Shown in pieces: positions 9,258 through 20,031 of a stretch of DNA of 63,557 nt. The stretch spans positions 1-63,557 of the forward strand of contig QHCE01000055.1 of NCBI GenBank assembly GCA_003243955.1, read 5' to 3'. This DNA is from Acidimicrobiales bacterium (lineage in GTDB: Bacteria; Actinomycetota; Actinomycetes; Mycobacteriales; QHCE01). Under the pieces are notes generated by a model that saw nothing but the letters and a program-made list of their open reading frames with translations, made no database searches and had not been told where the DNA came from. How positions within the stretch are numbered: position 1 is the first letter of the stretch; the number at the start of each line of letters is the position of its first letter. A program made the position numbers and the translations under genes.

Positions 9258-10016
9258 ATGTTTACTGAGCGCTCTAACTCAGGATTCATCCGGAGATGGG
9301 GACGCGCGGTCTCGATATGCGCAACCGGAATAATCAGCGTGACAATGCTGGTAATGCTGAGCGCTGCACCAGCGCTCGCCCATGTCACGGTGAACCCTAA
9401 TTCTGCGCCTAGAGGCGGCAACGCGACGGTCTCGTTCCGGGTACCTAACGAACGCGACAACGCCGCAACGGTGAAGCTGGAGATTGTGCTGGACTCTGCC
9501 ACGGTGATTCCTGATGCCAGCGTGCGACCGATTCCAGGATGGGATGCCGCGGTGACCACCCGCACGCTGCAGAAACCAATCAAAACCGGACACGGCGAGT
9601 CCGCCCAGGCGGTGGACCGAATCACGTGGACTGCCACCAACGGCACTAAGATTTCCGCTGGCCAGTTCCAACAATTTGACGTCTCGTTCCAACAGCTGCC
9701 GGACACGGACACAGTTGTGCTCAAGGCGTTACAGACCTACGACGACGGCAGCGTAGTTCGTTGGATCGACGTACATCCAGACGCTGAAAATCCAGCTCCG
9801 CAGCTGCACTTAACTAAAACCACAAGCAATCACCACGACTCGAAAGACCCTGCCGCCCATGGTGATGAGTCCCACTCCGCGGAGCATTCCGAAGGTGTCA
9901 GCGCGACCAGTGTCGTGGCACTGGTGATAGCTGGTGCGGCGCTGCTTGTGGGTTCGGCAGCTCTGTGGCTCAGCGTGCGTCGTCGGCGATCTGACCAGTT
10001 AGTGTCCGAGAGCTAG
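9258..10016 (+). CDS. YcnI (DUF1775) copper-binding membrane protein
   Basis: ALA-HVTVNP, FRVPNE, QTYDDGSVVRW, His-rich linker, C-terminal TM. Confidence 0.9.
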   Translation: MFTERSNSGFIRRWGRAVSICATGIISVTMLVMLSAAPALAHVTVNPNSAPRGGNATVSFRVPNERDNAATVKLEIVLDSATVIPDASVRPIPGWDAAVTTRTLQKPIKTGHGESAQAVDRITWTATNGTKISAGQFQQFDVSFQQLPDTDTVVLKALQTYDDGSVVRWIDVHPDAENPAPQLHLTKTTSNHHDSKDPAAHGDESHSAEHSEGVSATSVVALVIAGAALLVGSAALWLSVRRRRSDQLVSES

Positions 10017-10118
10017 TCGGTGCTATGAGCTCTGCCTGTGGTGCTTCTGGGGGCTACAGGCAGAGCTCAGGGGGTATTATTCTCCCTGCGGGTGGGTTTA
10101 CTTCTTTCCTGGAGGTTC

Positions 10119-10502
10119 ATGATGGGGCTGGCACGCGTCGGCTTTTTCCGGGAGCTTGCCCATGGCATGCCATCTGGTCTGAGTCTGGGTGAGTGTCTAC
10201 GGGAGTCAGGAATTCCCGACGAGGCGAGGATCGTTGGCTACCTCAACGGGGGAGCGACGCTTGCCGCAACGGGCTCTATGGTCAATGACTATTTCGATGG
10301 AACCAAGCAGGCCATCGCGCCTTTGGAAATCGCAACCGACGGTAGTTGGGTTTGGCCGCGGGATTTGGCCTACTATGTCCGCCAATATCATGCGGTCTTG
10401 CCAGAGGAATTCGTGGAGCACATGCGGCGAGACGGCTGGAAGCCCTCGAAATTTACGCGCGAGGAGATGGAGAGACTGGAAACAGAGTACCTGATGTCGT
10501 AG
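10119..10502 (+). CDS. Hypothetical protein (TDGxWxWPxDLxYYV type)
   Basis: GGAGG just upstream of ATG 10119; 127 aa. Confidence 0.65.
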   Translation: MMGLARVGFFRELAHGMPSGLSLGECLRESGIPDEARIVGYLNGGATLAATGSMVNDYFDGTKQAIAPLEIATDGSWVWPRDLAYYVRQYHAVLPEEFVEHMRRDGWKPSKFTREEMERLETEYLMS

Positions 10503-10721
10503 GAGGGCGCGCGTGGCGCGCGAAGTAGGAGCCCAATGTTAGGTGTATGCGCAGCAGGCGCCATCCGGCCTTGACTATGCCTATGGTTCCGGTTGTAGGC
10601 AGGGCTCGACGAAGATTTAGGTGGACATCTTTGGCATTCGGTAGCCTTAGCGGCCACAATTGAGAGATGATGCGTATCACAGCATGCTCACGTCGCGAAA
10701 TATCGGTTAGCTCATTTCAGC

Positions 10722-12716
10722 ATGGCGCGCGATGTGTTGTGGAAGTCTGCGGGAGGCGAGGTCGCAATGCCGGGAACGCCGTCTGCGCTTGCCGCGCCGC
10801 CTCCTGGCCCTCCGGGTCCTAAACCGCCGGCCATTGGTAGGTTCCGTCCCCGCATTTCCGTTGCTGAAATCTCCCGCGCCGCTGAGCTTTCGCGGGCCGC
10901 AGCCGAGCCCGAGCCTCGTTCGGCACCGCAGTCGCCAGCCAGCTCCTCTCGATCGTCGGAGCTGGTCGTGCGGGGGCTATCGTCGCGAGCCGCGGCACGG
11001 CTAGAGCGCCGCCTCAACCGCCTACCCAGTGTCTTTGCGATCGTAAGCCACGCCACTGACCGGGCCACTATCTCGCATGACCCTTCCCTGGTTTCGATAG
11101 CCCAGGTGATGCACGTAGTCCAAAAATCTGGATTCGCGGTGGAAACCAGTGATGTGCATCGCAGCCCCGGGGCCGCCGCCGGCGAATCGCAGGTAGACGC
11201 CCTTGGCCGGGCAATTTCGGCCGATACGACGTTGTCTGAGCTTACCGAGCTGCGTAACCGTGCCGTGGCCGCGTCTTTACTCGCTATTCCGGTGCTGGCG
11301 CTCTCACTTACCCCGTCCTGGCAGGCTCATGGATGGCAGTGGGTGGCTATGGTGTTTGCCATCCCCGCTGTGCTGTGGGCCGCGGTACCTTTGCACACGG
11401 CTGCTTTTCGGGATTCGGCCGCCCTGTCCGACATGCGCGACTTCCTGGCTTCTCTCGCGGTGTCAGCCACTTTTTGCTGGAGCATGTGGGTGGCCATGAG
11501 CGGCTCGGAACCGCCGTATTTCCACATTCCAGTGTTGATTGCGGCCGTGGGCTTATGGCTGCGATGTGTCGAACGCAGTGTGCTGCACCGTGCTGGCGCA
11601 ACTTCTCGGCTGCTGCTGCGAAGTGGCGCGGCCGAAGCCAGGATTCGGGTAGACGGCACCGAGCGCCGCATCGCCAGCCAACGGTTGCATCCGGGGGACT
11701 ACCTCGTTATCGGTCCGGATGAAAAAGCTGCCGCTGACGCAATCGTGGTGGAGGGCCACTCGTCCATGGATGTTGCCGCGCTTACCGGCGAGGATGTTCC
11801 GGTCAGCGTTGGTCCGGGTCGTCCTGTCGCGTGTGGCGCGACCAACGTTGGCGATCGCCTGGTTGCGCGGGTTGCGCGGGTGGGAGCCGACACGGGCCTG
11901 GCGCAAGCCATTCGGGTGATGGAGCGCGCGCAGGCTGAGCAGAGCGTGTTGCGTCGCCGAGCCGATCGTGGAGGTGCTGCGATTGTGGCGGCGGCCGTCG
12001 TGTTGGCTGGGGCCACGCTACTGAGTTGGCTGAGCAACGGTAGCAGTAACCACGACGCGCTGTTTGCGGCTATCTCGGTGCTGCTGATCGCATCGCCAAG
12101 CGCGCTTGCGCTCGCCATATCCACTCCTATTCAGGTAGGCGTTGGCCGCGGTATTCAGCTGGGCATTGTGCTCAATCGGCTGTCGGCTGTGCGGCGCGCC
12201 AGCCATATAGATGCCGTGGTCGCCGACCGCAGCTTGGAATCAATAGTCGCGTCCCGCGGTGAACTCAACCGACAGATGCAGCGAGTCCGACTGGAAAGCA
12301 TGTTCATTAGTCGGGGCGGGATGGACGAGGCAATCCGGCAGTTACGCGCTAGAAAGTTTTGCGTAGCGCTTGCGCTTGATGTCAGTGGCCGAGTGCCGCC
12401 CGATGGCACAATTTTTTCGCAGGCATGCATCGGTATCGCGGTGGGTGCTGGCACGTTCGGACCGGTGCCCGGGGCTCACATTACGCTTGCCCGGCAAGGC
12501 TTGCTCGCGGTCGCTGATGGTTTCGCGTTAGCACAACGAATTTCCCGCACTATTTCTGGCAATTTAATCTGGGCCGTGCTGTACCACGTGATCGCGCTAC
12601 CGATTGCTGTGACCGGGGCGGTCAGCCCAATCGTGGCCAGCATTATCGCCGGTACAGCCGGCATCATTGTGGTAGTCAACAGCCTGCGGTTGCGCCGCTT
12701 CACGGTCCACGCCTGA
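10722..12716 (+). CDS. Degenerate heavy-metal P1B-type ATPase-like membrane protein
   Basis: HMA-like region, A-domain LTGE, TM pattern and VVVNSLRLRRF C-terminus, but no CxxC, CPC, DKTGT or GDGxND. Confidence 0.8.
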   Translation: MARDVLWKSAGGEVAMPGTPSALAAPPPGPPGPKPPAIGRFRPRISVAEISRAAELSRAAAEPEPRSAPQSPASSSRSSELVVRGLSSRAAARLERRLNRLPSVFAIVSHATDRATISHDPSLVSIAQVMHVVQKSGFAVETSDVHRSPGAAAGESQVDALGRAISADTTLSELTELRNRAVAASLLAIPVLALSLTPSWQAHGWQWVAMVFAIPAVLWAAVPLHTAAFRDSAALSDMRDFLASLAVSATFCWSMWVAMSGSEPPYFHIPVLIAAVGLWLRCVERSVLHRAGATSRLLLRSGAAEARIRVDGTERRIASQRLHPGDYLVIGPDEKAAADAIVVEGHSSMDVAALTGEDVPVSVGPGRPVACGATNVGDRLVARVARVGADTGLAQAIRVMERAQAEQSVLRRRADRGGAAIVAAAVVLAGATLLSWLSNGSSNHDALFAAISVLLIASPSALALAISTPIQVGVGRGIQLGIVLNRLSAVRRASHIDAVVADRSLESIVASRGELNRQMQRVRLESMFISRGGMDEAIRQLRARKFCVALALDVSGRVPPDGTIFSQACIGIAVGAGTFGPVPGAHITLARQGLLAVADGFALAQRISRTISGNLIWAVLYHVIALPIAVTGAVSPIVASIIAGTAGIIVVVNSLRLRRFTVHA

Positions 12717-12837
12717 CCCGTCCTACCCGTACTCTAAGCTTTGTCCTTGAGATGATGTGAGAGTTCTAACGTGGAGCCGGTTGAGCTGGATGGCTGGCAA
12801 GGCCGCAGTGCCGTGTACAGAAACGGAGCGCAGCGGA

Positions 12838-14295
12838 GTGGGTACACAAGCGAGCGAGAACGCAGCTAGGCGCCAGCTCAACCGGCCGCCTAGAGTGAGG
12901 TTTGCACCCTCTCCCACCGGCATGTTGCACGTGGGTGGCGCGCGTTCCGCGCTGTTCAACTGGGTGTTCGCCAAGCGCCACGGCGGGGCGCTTGTGCTGC
13001 GGATCGAAGACACTGATGCATCCCGTAATCGTCCGGAGTGGACTCAGGGAATCATCGACTCCCTCGCGTGGCTGGGTATTACTCCTGCGGAGTACGAGGG
13101 TCCGCATCTTCAATCTGAATATGCCGAGCAGCATGCGCAGGCCCAGCGCACGCTGCTGGAGGCAGGGGATGCCTACTACTGTGACTGCGCGCGCGAGGCG
13201 GTCGTGGCGCGCACCGGAGACACCCACCGTGGATACGACGGTTTCTGTCGCGACCGGGGTCTAAGCCCCGCCGGCGCGGCGCTGCGGTTTCGTACTCCTG
13301 ATGTGGGTAGCACCGTCATCAACGACCTGGTGCGGGGCGAAGTGAGCTTTGAGCACGCTGCGCTGGAGGATTTCGTCATCGCCCGTGGCGATGGTTCGAC
13401 GACGTTCCTGCTGGCCAACGTCGTTGATGACGCGACGGCGCGAATCACGCACGTAATTCGCGCCGAGGAGCACCTGTCCAACGCGCCAAAGCAGCAGCTG
13501 CTCTGGCAGGCGCTGGGCTATCCGCCGCCTACCTGGGCCCATGTCTCGATTCTGGTCGATCACGCGCGCAAAAAGCTGTCCAAGCGCCGGAACAAAGTAG
13601 CGCTTGAGGCGTATCGGAATGAAGGTTTCCTCGCCGAGGCGATGCGCAACTACTTGATGCTGCTGGGCTGGTCACCAGGCGGTGATCGTGAAATTGTGCC
13701 GTGGAAGCTCATTGAGGCCGAATTCGAACTTTCCGAGGTCACATCTTCTCCAGCGTTTTTTGATGTAGACAAGCTCCGGGCATTCAACGGCGAATACATC
13801 CGCGCCCTGCCGTTGGCGGAATTCATTACCGCATGTCAGCCGTGGTTAGTGGGCGAATCGGCTCCGTGGCAGATCACAGAGTTCGACGCCGACGTTTTCG
13901 TCGCGCTCGCCCCGCACGCACAGACTCGGATTGTGCTGCTGAGCGAGATAGTGCCGATGGTGGACTTTGCGTTCCTACCTCATCCAGTTCGGGACGAACA
14001 GTCGTGGAACAAGGCCATGAAGGATCCCGCTGAGCAGATTCTTGATGCTGCTATCACGGCGTTCGCCGACGTGAAATGGGAGCCGCTCGCGCTCAAGGCG
14101 GCCATGGAACAGATAAGTTTGGGGCTAGGGCTCAAGCTGGGTAAAGCGCAGGCTCCGGTCCGCGTTGCTGTGACTGGCCGTACTGTAGGCCTTCCGCTTT
14201 TTGAATCGCTGGCCATACTGGGCAGGAAACGTACGCTACAGCGGCTCGCGGACGCACAGCGAGCGCTACAACAGTCAAGGCTAACGACGCCCTAA
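12838..14295 (+). CDS. gltX: Glutamate-tRNA ligase
   Basis: [14 protein letters not shown] (HIGH), LRIEDTD, KLSKR; start uncertain. Confidence 0.95.
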   Translation: MGTQASENAARRQLNRPPRVRFAPSPTGMLHVGGARSALFNWVFAKRHGGALVLRIEDTDASRNRPEWTQGIIDSLAWLGITPAEYEGPHLQSEYAEQHAQAQRTLLEAGDAYYCDCAREAVVARTGDTHRGYDGFCRDRGLSPAGAALRFRTPDVGSTVINDLVRGEVSFEHAALEDFVIARGDGSTTFLLANVVDDATARITHVIRAEEHLSNAPKQQLLWQALGYPPPTWAHVSILVDHARKKLSKRRNKVALEAYRNEGFLAEAMRNYLMLLGWSPGGDREIVPWKLIEAEFELSEVTSSPAFFDVDKLRAFNGEYIRALPLAEFITACQPWLVGESAPWQITEFDADVFVALAPHAQTRIVLLSEIVPMVDFAFLPHPVRDEQSWNKAMKDPAEQILDAAITAFADVKWEPLALKAAMEQISLGLGLKLGKAQAPVRVAVTGRTVGLPLFESLAILGRKRTLQRLADAQRALQQSRLTTP

Positions 14296-14316
14296 ACCAG
14301 TTAAGAAAAGGACGCC

Positions 14317-15144
14317 ATGAGCACAGTTGCAACCATCACCTTCGCCAACGGAATTCCTACCCCGCAGCTGGGATTCGGTACGTTTCAAACCGAGCCTGCG
14401 CGGACCGCCGAAGCCGTGTCCGTCGCTTTGGAGACCGGCTACCGCAGCATTGACACCGCCGCGGTGTATGCCAATGAATCCGGCGTTGGCAAGGCTATCG
14501 CCGAGTCTGGTATCAGCCGCGGTGAGCTGTTTGTGACCACGAAACTGTGGAACAGCGAGCAAGGTTTCGACTCCACCCTCGCGGCTTTTGACATCAGCTT
14601 GACCAAGCTCGGGTTGGACTACATCGATCTGTATCTCATCCACTGGCCCATTGCGAGTAAGGACCTGTACTTAGACACCTGGCGAGCGTTGGAGAGCATC
14701 GCTGAACAGGGTTTGGTTCGGTCGATTGGAGTCTCCAACTTTCAGCCGGCACATCTACGGCGGCTGCTTGCCGAAAGCTCAACCCCGCCCGTGCTGAATC
14801 AGATTGAGCTGCATCCGAATCTGCCGCAAGACCAGCTCCGAGAGTTCCATGCCCAACACGGGATCCTAACTCAGGCGTGGAGTCCGCTAGCTCGAGGCGG
14901 CGCGCTGTTAACCAACGAAACGATCCAGCGGCTCGCCGCCAAACACTCCAAGACGCCGGCCCAAGTCGTACTGCGGTGGCATATTCAGCTCGGTAATGTG
15001 GTGATTCCCAAATCTGTTACACCGAGTCGGATCCGGGAGAACTTCGCCATCTTCGATTTCTCGCTGGACTCCAATGACCTGACCGCTATTGCCGCGTTGA
15101 GCACCGGTGAGCGGATGGGCCCCGACCCGGACACATTCGGATAG
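14317..15144 (+). CDS. Aldo/keto reductase (2,5-DKG reductase-like)
   Basis: IDTAAVY, TTKLWN, DLYLIHWP, IGVSNF, IPKS. Confidence 0.95.
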   Translation: MSTVATITFANGIPTPQLGFGTFQTEPARTAEAVSVALETGYRSIDTAAVYANESGVGKAIAESGISRGELFVTTKLWNSEQGFDSTLAAFDISLTKLGLDYIDLYLIHWPIASKDLYLDTWRALESIAEQGLVRSIGVSNFQPAHLRRLLAESSTPPVLNQIELHPNLPQDQLREFHAQHGILTQAWSPLARGGALLTNETIQRLAAKHSKTPAQVVLRWHIQLGNVVIPKSVTPSRIRENFAIFDFSLDSNDLTAIAALSTGERMGPDPDTFG

Positions 15145-15208
15145 GCGGGGGTTGCTTTGATGGAACTCCAACGGTACTTCGTGATCGCGATGCTGAGACA
15201 CTGGTCTG

Positions 15209-15634
15209 GTGAGCGAGGAGGGCATCGACTGGGGCGGGCGCCGTGAGGTTGCGACCCGGGCTGAGTTGGAGTTCGCGGCAGAGTTGGAGGGACGCTGCCC
15301 CGGCCTGGACTACTGGCTGCATCGAGACGACGAAGGCGTCGCGTGGTGCCTGGTATCCACAGACTTTGTGATCGGTAACGGGGTTCAGGGTACCCTGCGG
15401 CTGGATTTCGATGCGGCTGGCATCCGAGGCGGGTGGAGCCCGGCGTGTCTAAACTGGGATGCCGAAATGCGGGCTGGACCGGCCGGCATCGACACGGCCG
15501 GACTGGATGGCATCCATAAACCAGCCGCGGACCAGGCGCCTGCGGAGCTTGCCCGGGCCGCGGCCGAGTGGTTCGCTGAGCATCGGCGCCGGTGGTCGGC
15601 CAGCGAGCGCGCCGCCCGGTGGCGTAAGCGATAA
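15209..15634 (+). CDS. Hypothetical protein
   Basis: 141-aa ORF with high-GC codon pattern; no motif recognised. Confidence 0.55.
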   Translation: MSEEGIDWGGRREVATRAELEFAAELEGRCPGLDYWLHRDDEGVAWCLVSTDFVIGNGVQGTLRLDFDAAGIRGGWSPACLNWDAEMRAGPAGIDTAGLDGIHKPAADQAPAELARAAAEWFAEHRRRWSASERAARWRKR

Positions 15635-15836
15635 GGGTATCGACGTGCCGGCCGGCTTGGGCGGCGGGAACCGCGGGCGGCCGCGAAGGCAATATTGGTA
15701 AGGCTGTTGGTCAGGTTAGCCGCAAGAGCTGCTGGTGGCTGACCGAGGCTGCCAGACACCGCATAGATCGTTAAAGTACTGTGGAGACTAACCCGCTACT
15801 TGACTTAGCTAAGCCCTTAACTCACCATAATAAGTA

Positions 15837-16064
15837 ATGGTGACCGTCGGAGTGCATGAGGCTAAGACCAGGCTGTCAGAGTTGCTGCGCCGGGTAGCCA
15901 CGGGTGAAGAAGTCACCATCACCAGTGGTGGAGCGGCGGGTGAGCCATTGGCGCGACTCGTACCGGCACAACGGCGACCTGAACGGATATTCGGCCGCGA
16001 CCGAGGTCTGTTTGAGGTACCGGACGATTTCAACGCTGCTCAGCCACTGGAATTTTCAGTGTGA
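15837..16064 (+). CDS. Phd/YefM-family antitoxin (orphan)
   Basis: VGVHEAKTRLSELLRRVATGEEVTIT and VPDDF; no toxin ORF follows. Confidence 0.85.
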   Translation: MVTVGVHEAKTRLSELLRRVATGEEVTITSGGAAGEPLARLVPAQRRPERIFGRDRGLFEVPDDFNAAQPLEFSV

Positions 16065-16273
16065 GCACACAGTCTCATAGCGGGCCTGGATGCGGCCTGC
16101 ATCAAGGCTCTCGCCCAGAAACAGCTGCCACTGAAGACACGGCGAGGACGTTCGGCTACTTGTAGCTCCGCTGCGGTAGGCGCCGGAAGTTCCAGGTAGG
16201 GACTGCTAGCTGAAATTCCACCGACAGGGTTGTTGGAAGTCAGGGCGCCCCCCGGCCGGTTCCAGACGGACTG

Positions 16274-17179
16274 TTAGGTTTCTGTCTCGATGTCGTTAGC
16301 GCCTGCCCAGATGGGGAGTGGCTCACACGCGGTGCGCCAGGGTTCTGGCAGACCGCCTATGCCGACGTGGGCGGCGACAATGCCTCCGACGATGGCGCAC
16401 GTGGTGTCGATGTCGCCACCAGTTCCGGCCGTGATCCAGATCGCCTGCTCGTAGTCGTTGAGGTTTCTAGCGGCGGCCCACAGCGCGAACGGCACTGTGT
16501 CATGGGCACTGGTGTATCGGCCGTTGCCAAGTTCGTGCGCGGCGATCTCCGGAGACGACACGTGTGCCAGACCTCGGGCAGCCCAGATGCCATGGTGAAC
16601 CCGACCGGGCGGCATCAGCGCAAGGACTTCGTCGAGGAAGTCTCTGGGGCCTGGCGGGTTGGAGTTGGCAGCGAGCGCGCTAGCCAAGGCGACGGCAATC
16701 GCGCCGGCCACTCCCTCGGGGTGGGTATGGGTCACTGTGGCCGACAACGCGGCCTGATGGGCGGCCTCAGCAAGATCGTCAGCGAACCACGCACCTAGTG
16801 GTGCAACGCGCATGGCGGCGCCGTTGCCCCACGAACCTTGGCCGTCGAAAAGTTCGGCCACCAGCTGGTGCCAGGCGCCGCCTTCTCGGATCAGGCGTAG
16901 CGCTCTATTCATGGATGGCCCGTAGCCACGATCGAAATCGTGGTGGGTGGCGAAACTCGCGGCCAACTGGTCTTGATCGACGTGGCCCAGACGCTGCAGC
17001 ACAGCGAAAACGGAGCATGCCATTTCGGTGTCATCGGTCCACTGCCATGGGGTAGGTGGCAGGTGACGTTGCTCGAGAGCGTCGCGGTTGTCGGGGATGA
17101 AGAATTGGGAGCCCAGCGCATCACCAAGGGCCAGGCCATGTAGGGAGTTCAGGGCACGTGCCAGACGGGTGGTGCTCAT
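16274..17179 (-). CDS. ADP-ribosylglycohydrolase family protein
   Basis: GDALG, WTDDT, GNGAAMR, GGDIDTT motifs. Confidence 0.92.
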   Translation of the reverse strand: MSTTRLARALNSLHGLALGDALGSQFFIPDNRDALEQRHLPPTPWQWTDDTEMACSVFAVLQRLGHVDQDQLAASFATHHDFDRGYGPSMNRALRLIREGGAWHQLVAELFDGQGSWGNGAAMRVAPLGAWFADDLAEAAHQAALSATVTHTHPEGVAGAIAVALASALAANSNPPGPRDFLDEVLALMPPGRVHHGIWAARGLAHVSSPEIAAHELGNGRYTSAHDTVPFALWAAARNLNDYEQAIWITAGTGGDIDTTCAIVGGIVAAHVGIGGLPEPWRTACEPLPIWAGANDIETET

Positions 17180-17412
17180 TGCGACCATCATCGCAGACCG
17201 GCCGAAGTTCGAGACCACCTCATAGGTTGACCAGACTGGTCACGCACCTCCGTAGCCGGCCACTATCCGCGCGAGCTCTAACGCCGGGGTGCGCGATAAA
17301 AATTTTTGCCACAAGTTCTCCTAACTTGGCAAACGCGCTGTTGCTGACCTTCGCTTCATCGACGATGAGGGCAGTAGCTTGCAATCGTGCACCGCCTCTA
17401 AGCTAAGTGCTC

Positions 17413-19275
17413 ATGTGCGGAATTGTGGGATACACCGGTCATCGACGTGCGGTTAATGTAGTTATGGACGGCCTACGCCGGCTGGAGTATCGCGGTTACG
17501 ACTCCGCGGGGGTGGCGCTGCTGGACGCTGGTGAGTTGGTGGTTGAGAAACGCGCCGGCAAGCTCGCCAACCTCACTGAGGTGCTGAGCGGCCACAGCGG
17601 TCTGGCCGGGAGCACCGGAATCGGTCACACTCGATGGGCCACGCACGGTGCGCCCACCGATCGCAACGCGCACCCACATCTGGGCGCCGACGGGACGCTT
17701 GCCGTTATCCATAATGGCATCATCGAGAACTTTGCCGTGCTGCGCCGGGAGCTGGAAACCGGTGGTGTGACGTTTATTTCTGAAACCGACACCGAATGCG
17801 TTGCCCATCTGCTCGGGCAGGCTTATAGGGCGGTATCGGCGGAACGGTCAGACCGCCTTGCCGAGGCTATGCGGCGGGTGTGCCAACGGCTAGACGGCGC
17901 GTTCACGCTGCTTGTTGTGCACTCTGACCAGCCAGACCTAGTGGTTGGTGCCCGTCGCAATAGCCCGCTGGTTGCCGGTCGCGGCGATGGGGAGAACTTT
18001 CTTGCTAGCGATGTCTCTGCTTTCATCGAGTACACCCGAGAAGCTGTAGAGCTGGGACAAGATCAAGTCATTGAGGTCACTCCACAGGCCATTGTCATCA
18101 CCGATTTTTTCGGCGCTCCGGCCGTCGGTACGGACTACCACGTGGACTGGGATTCGGCCGCCGCGGAGAAGGGCGGCTACGACTTTTTCATGCTCAAGGA
18201 GATCGCCGAGCAGCCCCAAGCTGTGGCCGACACTTTGCGAGGTCGACTCACCGACACGGGCGAGGTTGTGCTTGATGATATGCACATGTCGCCGCGGCAG
18301 CTGCGTGATATCGATAAGGTCTTCGTCATTGGCTGCGGTACGGCCTACAACGCTGGGCTGATCGCCAAATACGCCATCGAACACTGGACTCGGATTCCGG
18401 TGGAGGTCGAGCTGGCTAGTGAGTTCCGGTATCGAGACCCGGTGCTTGGTCCCAACACGCTCACCATCGTGATTTCGCAATCGGGTGAGACGATGGATAC
18501 CATCATGGCGCTGCGCCATGCCAGCGAGCAGAAGGCGCCGGTGCTGGCGATATGTAACACCATCGGTTCGACCATCCCTCGGGAATCCGACGCGGTGCTG
18601 TACACCCATGCCGGACCGGAGGTTGCCGTAGCCTCGACGAAAGCCTTTTTGACCCAGGTCACTGCCGTGTATTTAGTGGGCTTATACCTGGCACAAGCAC
18701 GTGGCGTGCTCTTCGATGATGAGATCGGCGACATTGTCGCGGCACTCCGAAAAGCACCGGAGGCCATCGCCAAGGTGCTCACCTTGATGGATCCAGTGCG
18801 CCGACTCGCCGAGTCACTGCGAGATGCCGATCAAGTGCTGTTCCTCGGCCGGCACGTCGGTTATCCGGTGGCCCTGGAAGGGGCGTTGAAGCTGAAGGAA
18901 CTGGCCTATATGCATGCCGAAGGTTTTGCCGCCGGCGAGCTCAAACATGGTCCTATTTCGCTCATCGAGGAAGGCACTGTCGTGGTGGTCACGGTTCCCT
19001 CACCGCGGGGCCGAAGTGTGCTGCACGACAAGATCGTGAGCAATATTCAGGAAGTGCGAGCACGAGGAGCGCGCACCGTGGTGATCGCTGAGGAAGGTGA
19101 CGATGCGGTTGTGCCGTATGCCGATGAGCTGATTCGCGTACCGCATGTTGCCACGTTGCTCGCTCCGTTGGTGACCACCGTTCCGCTGCAAGTGTTGGCC
19201 TGCGGTATTGCCGCCGCACGCGGCAACGATGTGGACCAGCCCCGCAACCTAGCTAAATCTGTCACCGTAGAGTAG
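17413..19275 (+). CDS. glmS: Glutamine-fructose-6-phosphate transaminase
   Basis: MCGIVGY, GHTRWATHG, SQSGET, PRNLAKSVTVE. Confidence 0.98.
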   Translation: MCGIVGYTGHRRAVNVVMDGLRRLEYRGYDSAGVALLDAGELVVEKRAGKLANLTEVLSGHSGLAGSTGIGHTRWATHGAPTDRNAHPHLGADGTLAVIHNGIIENFAVLRRELETGGVTFISETDTECVAHLLGQAYRAVSAERSDRLAEAMRRVCQRLDGAFTLLVVHSDQPDLVVGARRNSPLVAGRGDGENFLASDVSAFIEYTREAVELGQDQVIEVTPQAIVITDFFGAPAVGTDYHVDWDSAAAEKGGYDFFMLKEIAEQPQAVADTLRGRLTDTGEVVLDDMHMSPRQLRDIDKVFVIGCGTAYNAGLIAKYAIEHWTRIPVEVELASEFRYRDPVLGPNTLTIVISQSGETMDTIMALRHASEQKAPVLAICNTIGSTIPRESDAVLYTHAGPEVAVASTKAFLTQVTAVYLVGLYLAQARGVLFDDEIGDIVAALRKAPEAIAKVLTLMDPVRRLAESLRDADQVLFLGRHVGYPVALEGALKLKELAYMHAEGFAAGELKHGPISLIEEGTVVVVTVPSPRGRSVLHDKIVSNIQEVRARGARTVVIAEEGDDAVVPYADELIRVPHVATLLAPLVTTVPLQVLACGIAAARGNDVDQPRNLAKSVTVE

Positions 19276-19318
19276 CTGAGCGCTTGGCTAATTCCGGTTG
19301 TACAGCTAAGCTAATTGC

Positions 19319-19636
19319 ATGACAATAACTAAAGACGTTAAGCGAACCGCGGTTCCCGTGCGTCAGTTGCAGCGAAACGCTAGCGAGTGGATTAATCGCG
19401 CCCGGCAAGGCGAACAGATCGATATCACCAATCACGGCAAGCTTGTCGCCCATCTCACCCCGCCAGACCCAGAAGAAGAGCTGTGGCAGCAACTCATAGA
19501 TCGTGGATTAGTGGATCCAAACCAGGGCAAACCAGGTGGCCTTTCTGGCTGGCGTACTCCGCCACGCAGGCCAGGGGAGGACACGGGCTCCCTTTCGGAG
19601 GCAATCATCGAAATGAGAAATGAAGAGACACGGTGA
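19319..19636 (+). CDS. vapB: Phd/YefM-type antitoxin (VapB)
   Basis: VRQLQRNASEWINRARQGEQIDITNHGKLVAHL; GTGA overlap with PIN toxin. Confidence 0.85.
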   Translation: MTITKDVKRTAVPVRQLQRNASEWINRARQGEQIDITNHGKLVAHLTPPDPEEELWQQLIDRGLVDPNQGKPGGLSGWRTPPRRPGEDTGSLSEAIIEMRNEETR

Positions 19637-20031
19637 TCTATCTCGATTCCTGTGCGTTGGTCAAGGTAGTTCTGCCAGAAGCTGAGTCCCAGGCGCTGCA
19701 GGTGTTTCTGGACCGACATTCCGAGACTCGCCAGGTCAGTAGCGCGATCGTTCGTACCGAGCTACGTCGTGCTCTCCTTCGGAAGGAAGCTCAGCAGTAC
19801 CGGTTCGAGCTAGCTGAGCAGGTCTTGGCCAGTCTTCGGATGGTCGATGTCGCGGCGCCTTTGCTAGATGCTGCTGGGGCGATTCCCGGAAAGCCGTTGC
19901 GGAGCCTGGACGCAATACACCTCGCTACCGCTGAGCTATTGCAACCCAACGTCCACATGTTCGTTACCTATGACCAGAAGCTCGCTGCTGCGGCTGAGGA
20001 ACGCGGTTTTCGAGTAGCAGCACCGGCATGA
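19633..20031 (+). CDS. vapC: VapC PIN-domain toxin
   Basis: [27 protein letters not shown]. Confidence 0.92.
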   Translation: MIYLDSCALVKVVLPEAESQALQVFLDRHSETRQVSSAIVRTELRRALLRKEAQQYRFELAEQVLASLRMVDVAAPLLDAAGAIPGKPLRSLDAIHLATAELLQPNVHMFVTYDQKLAAAAEERGFRVAAPA

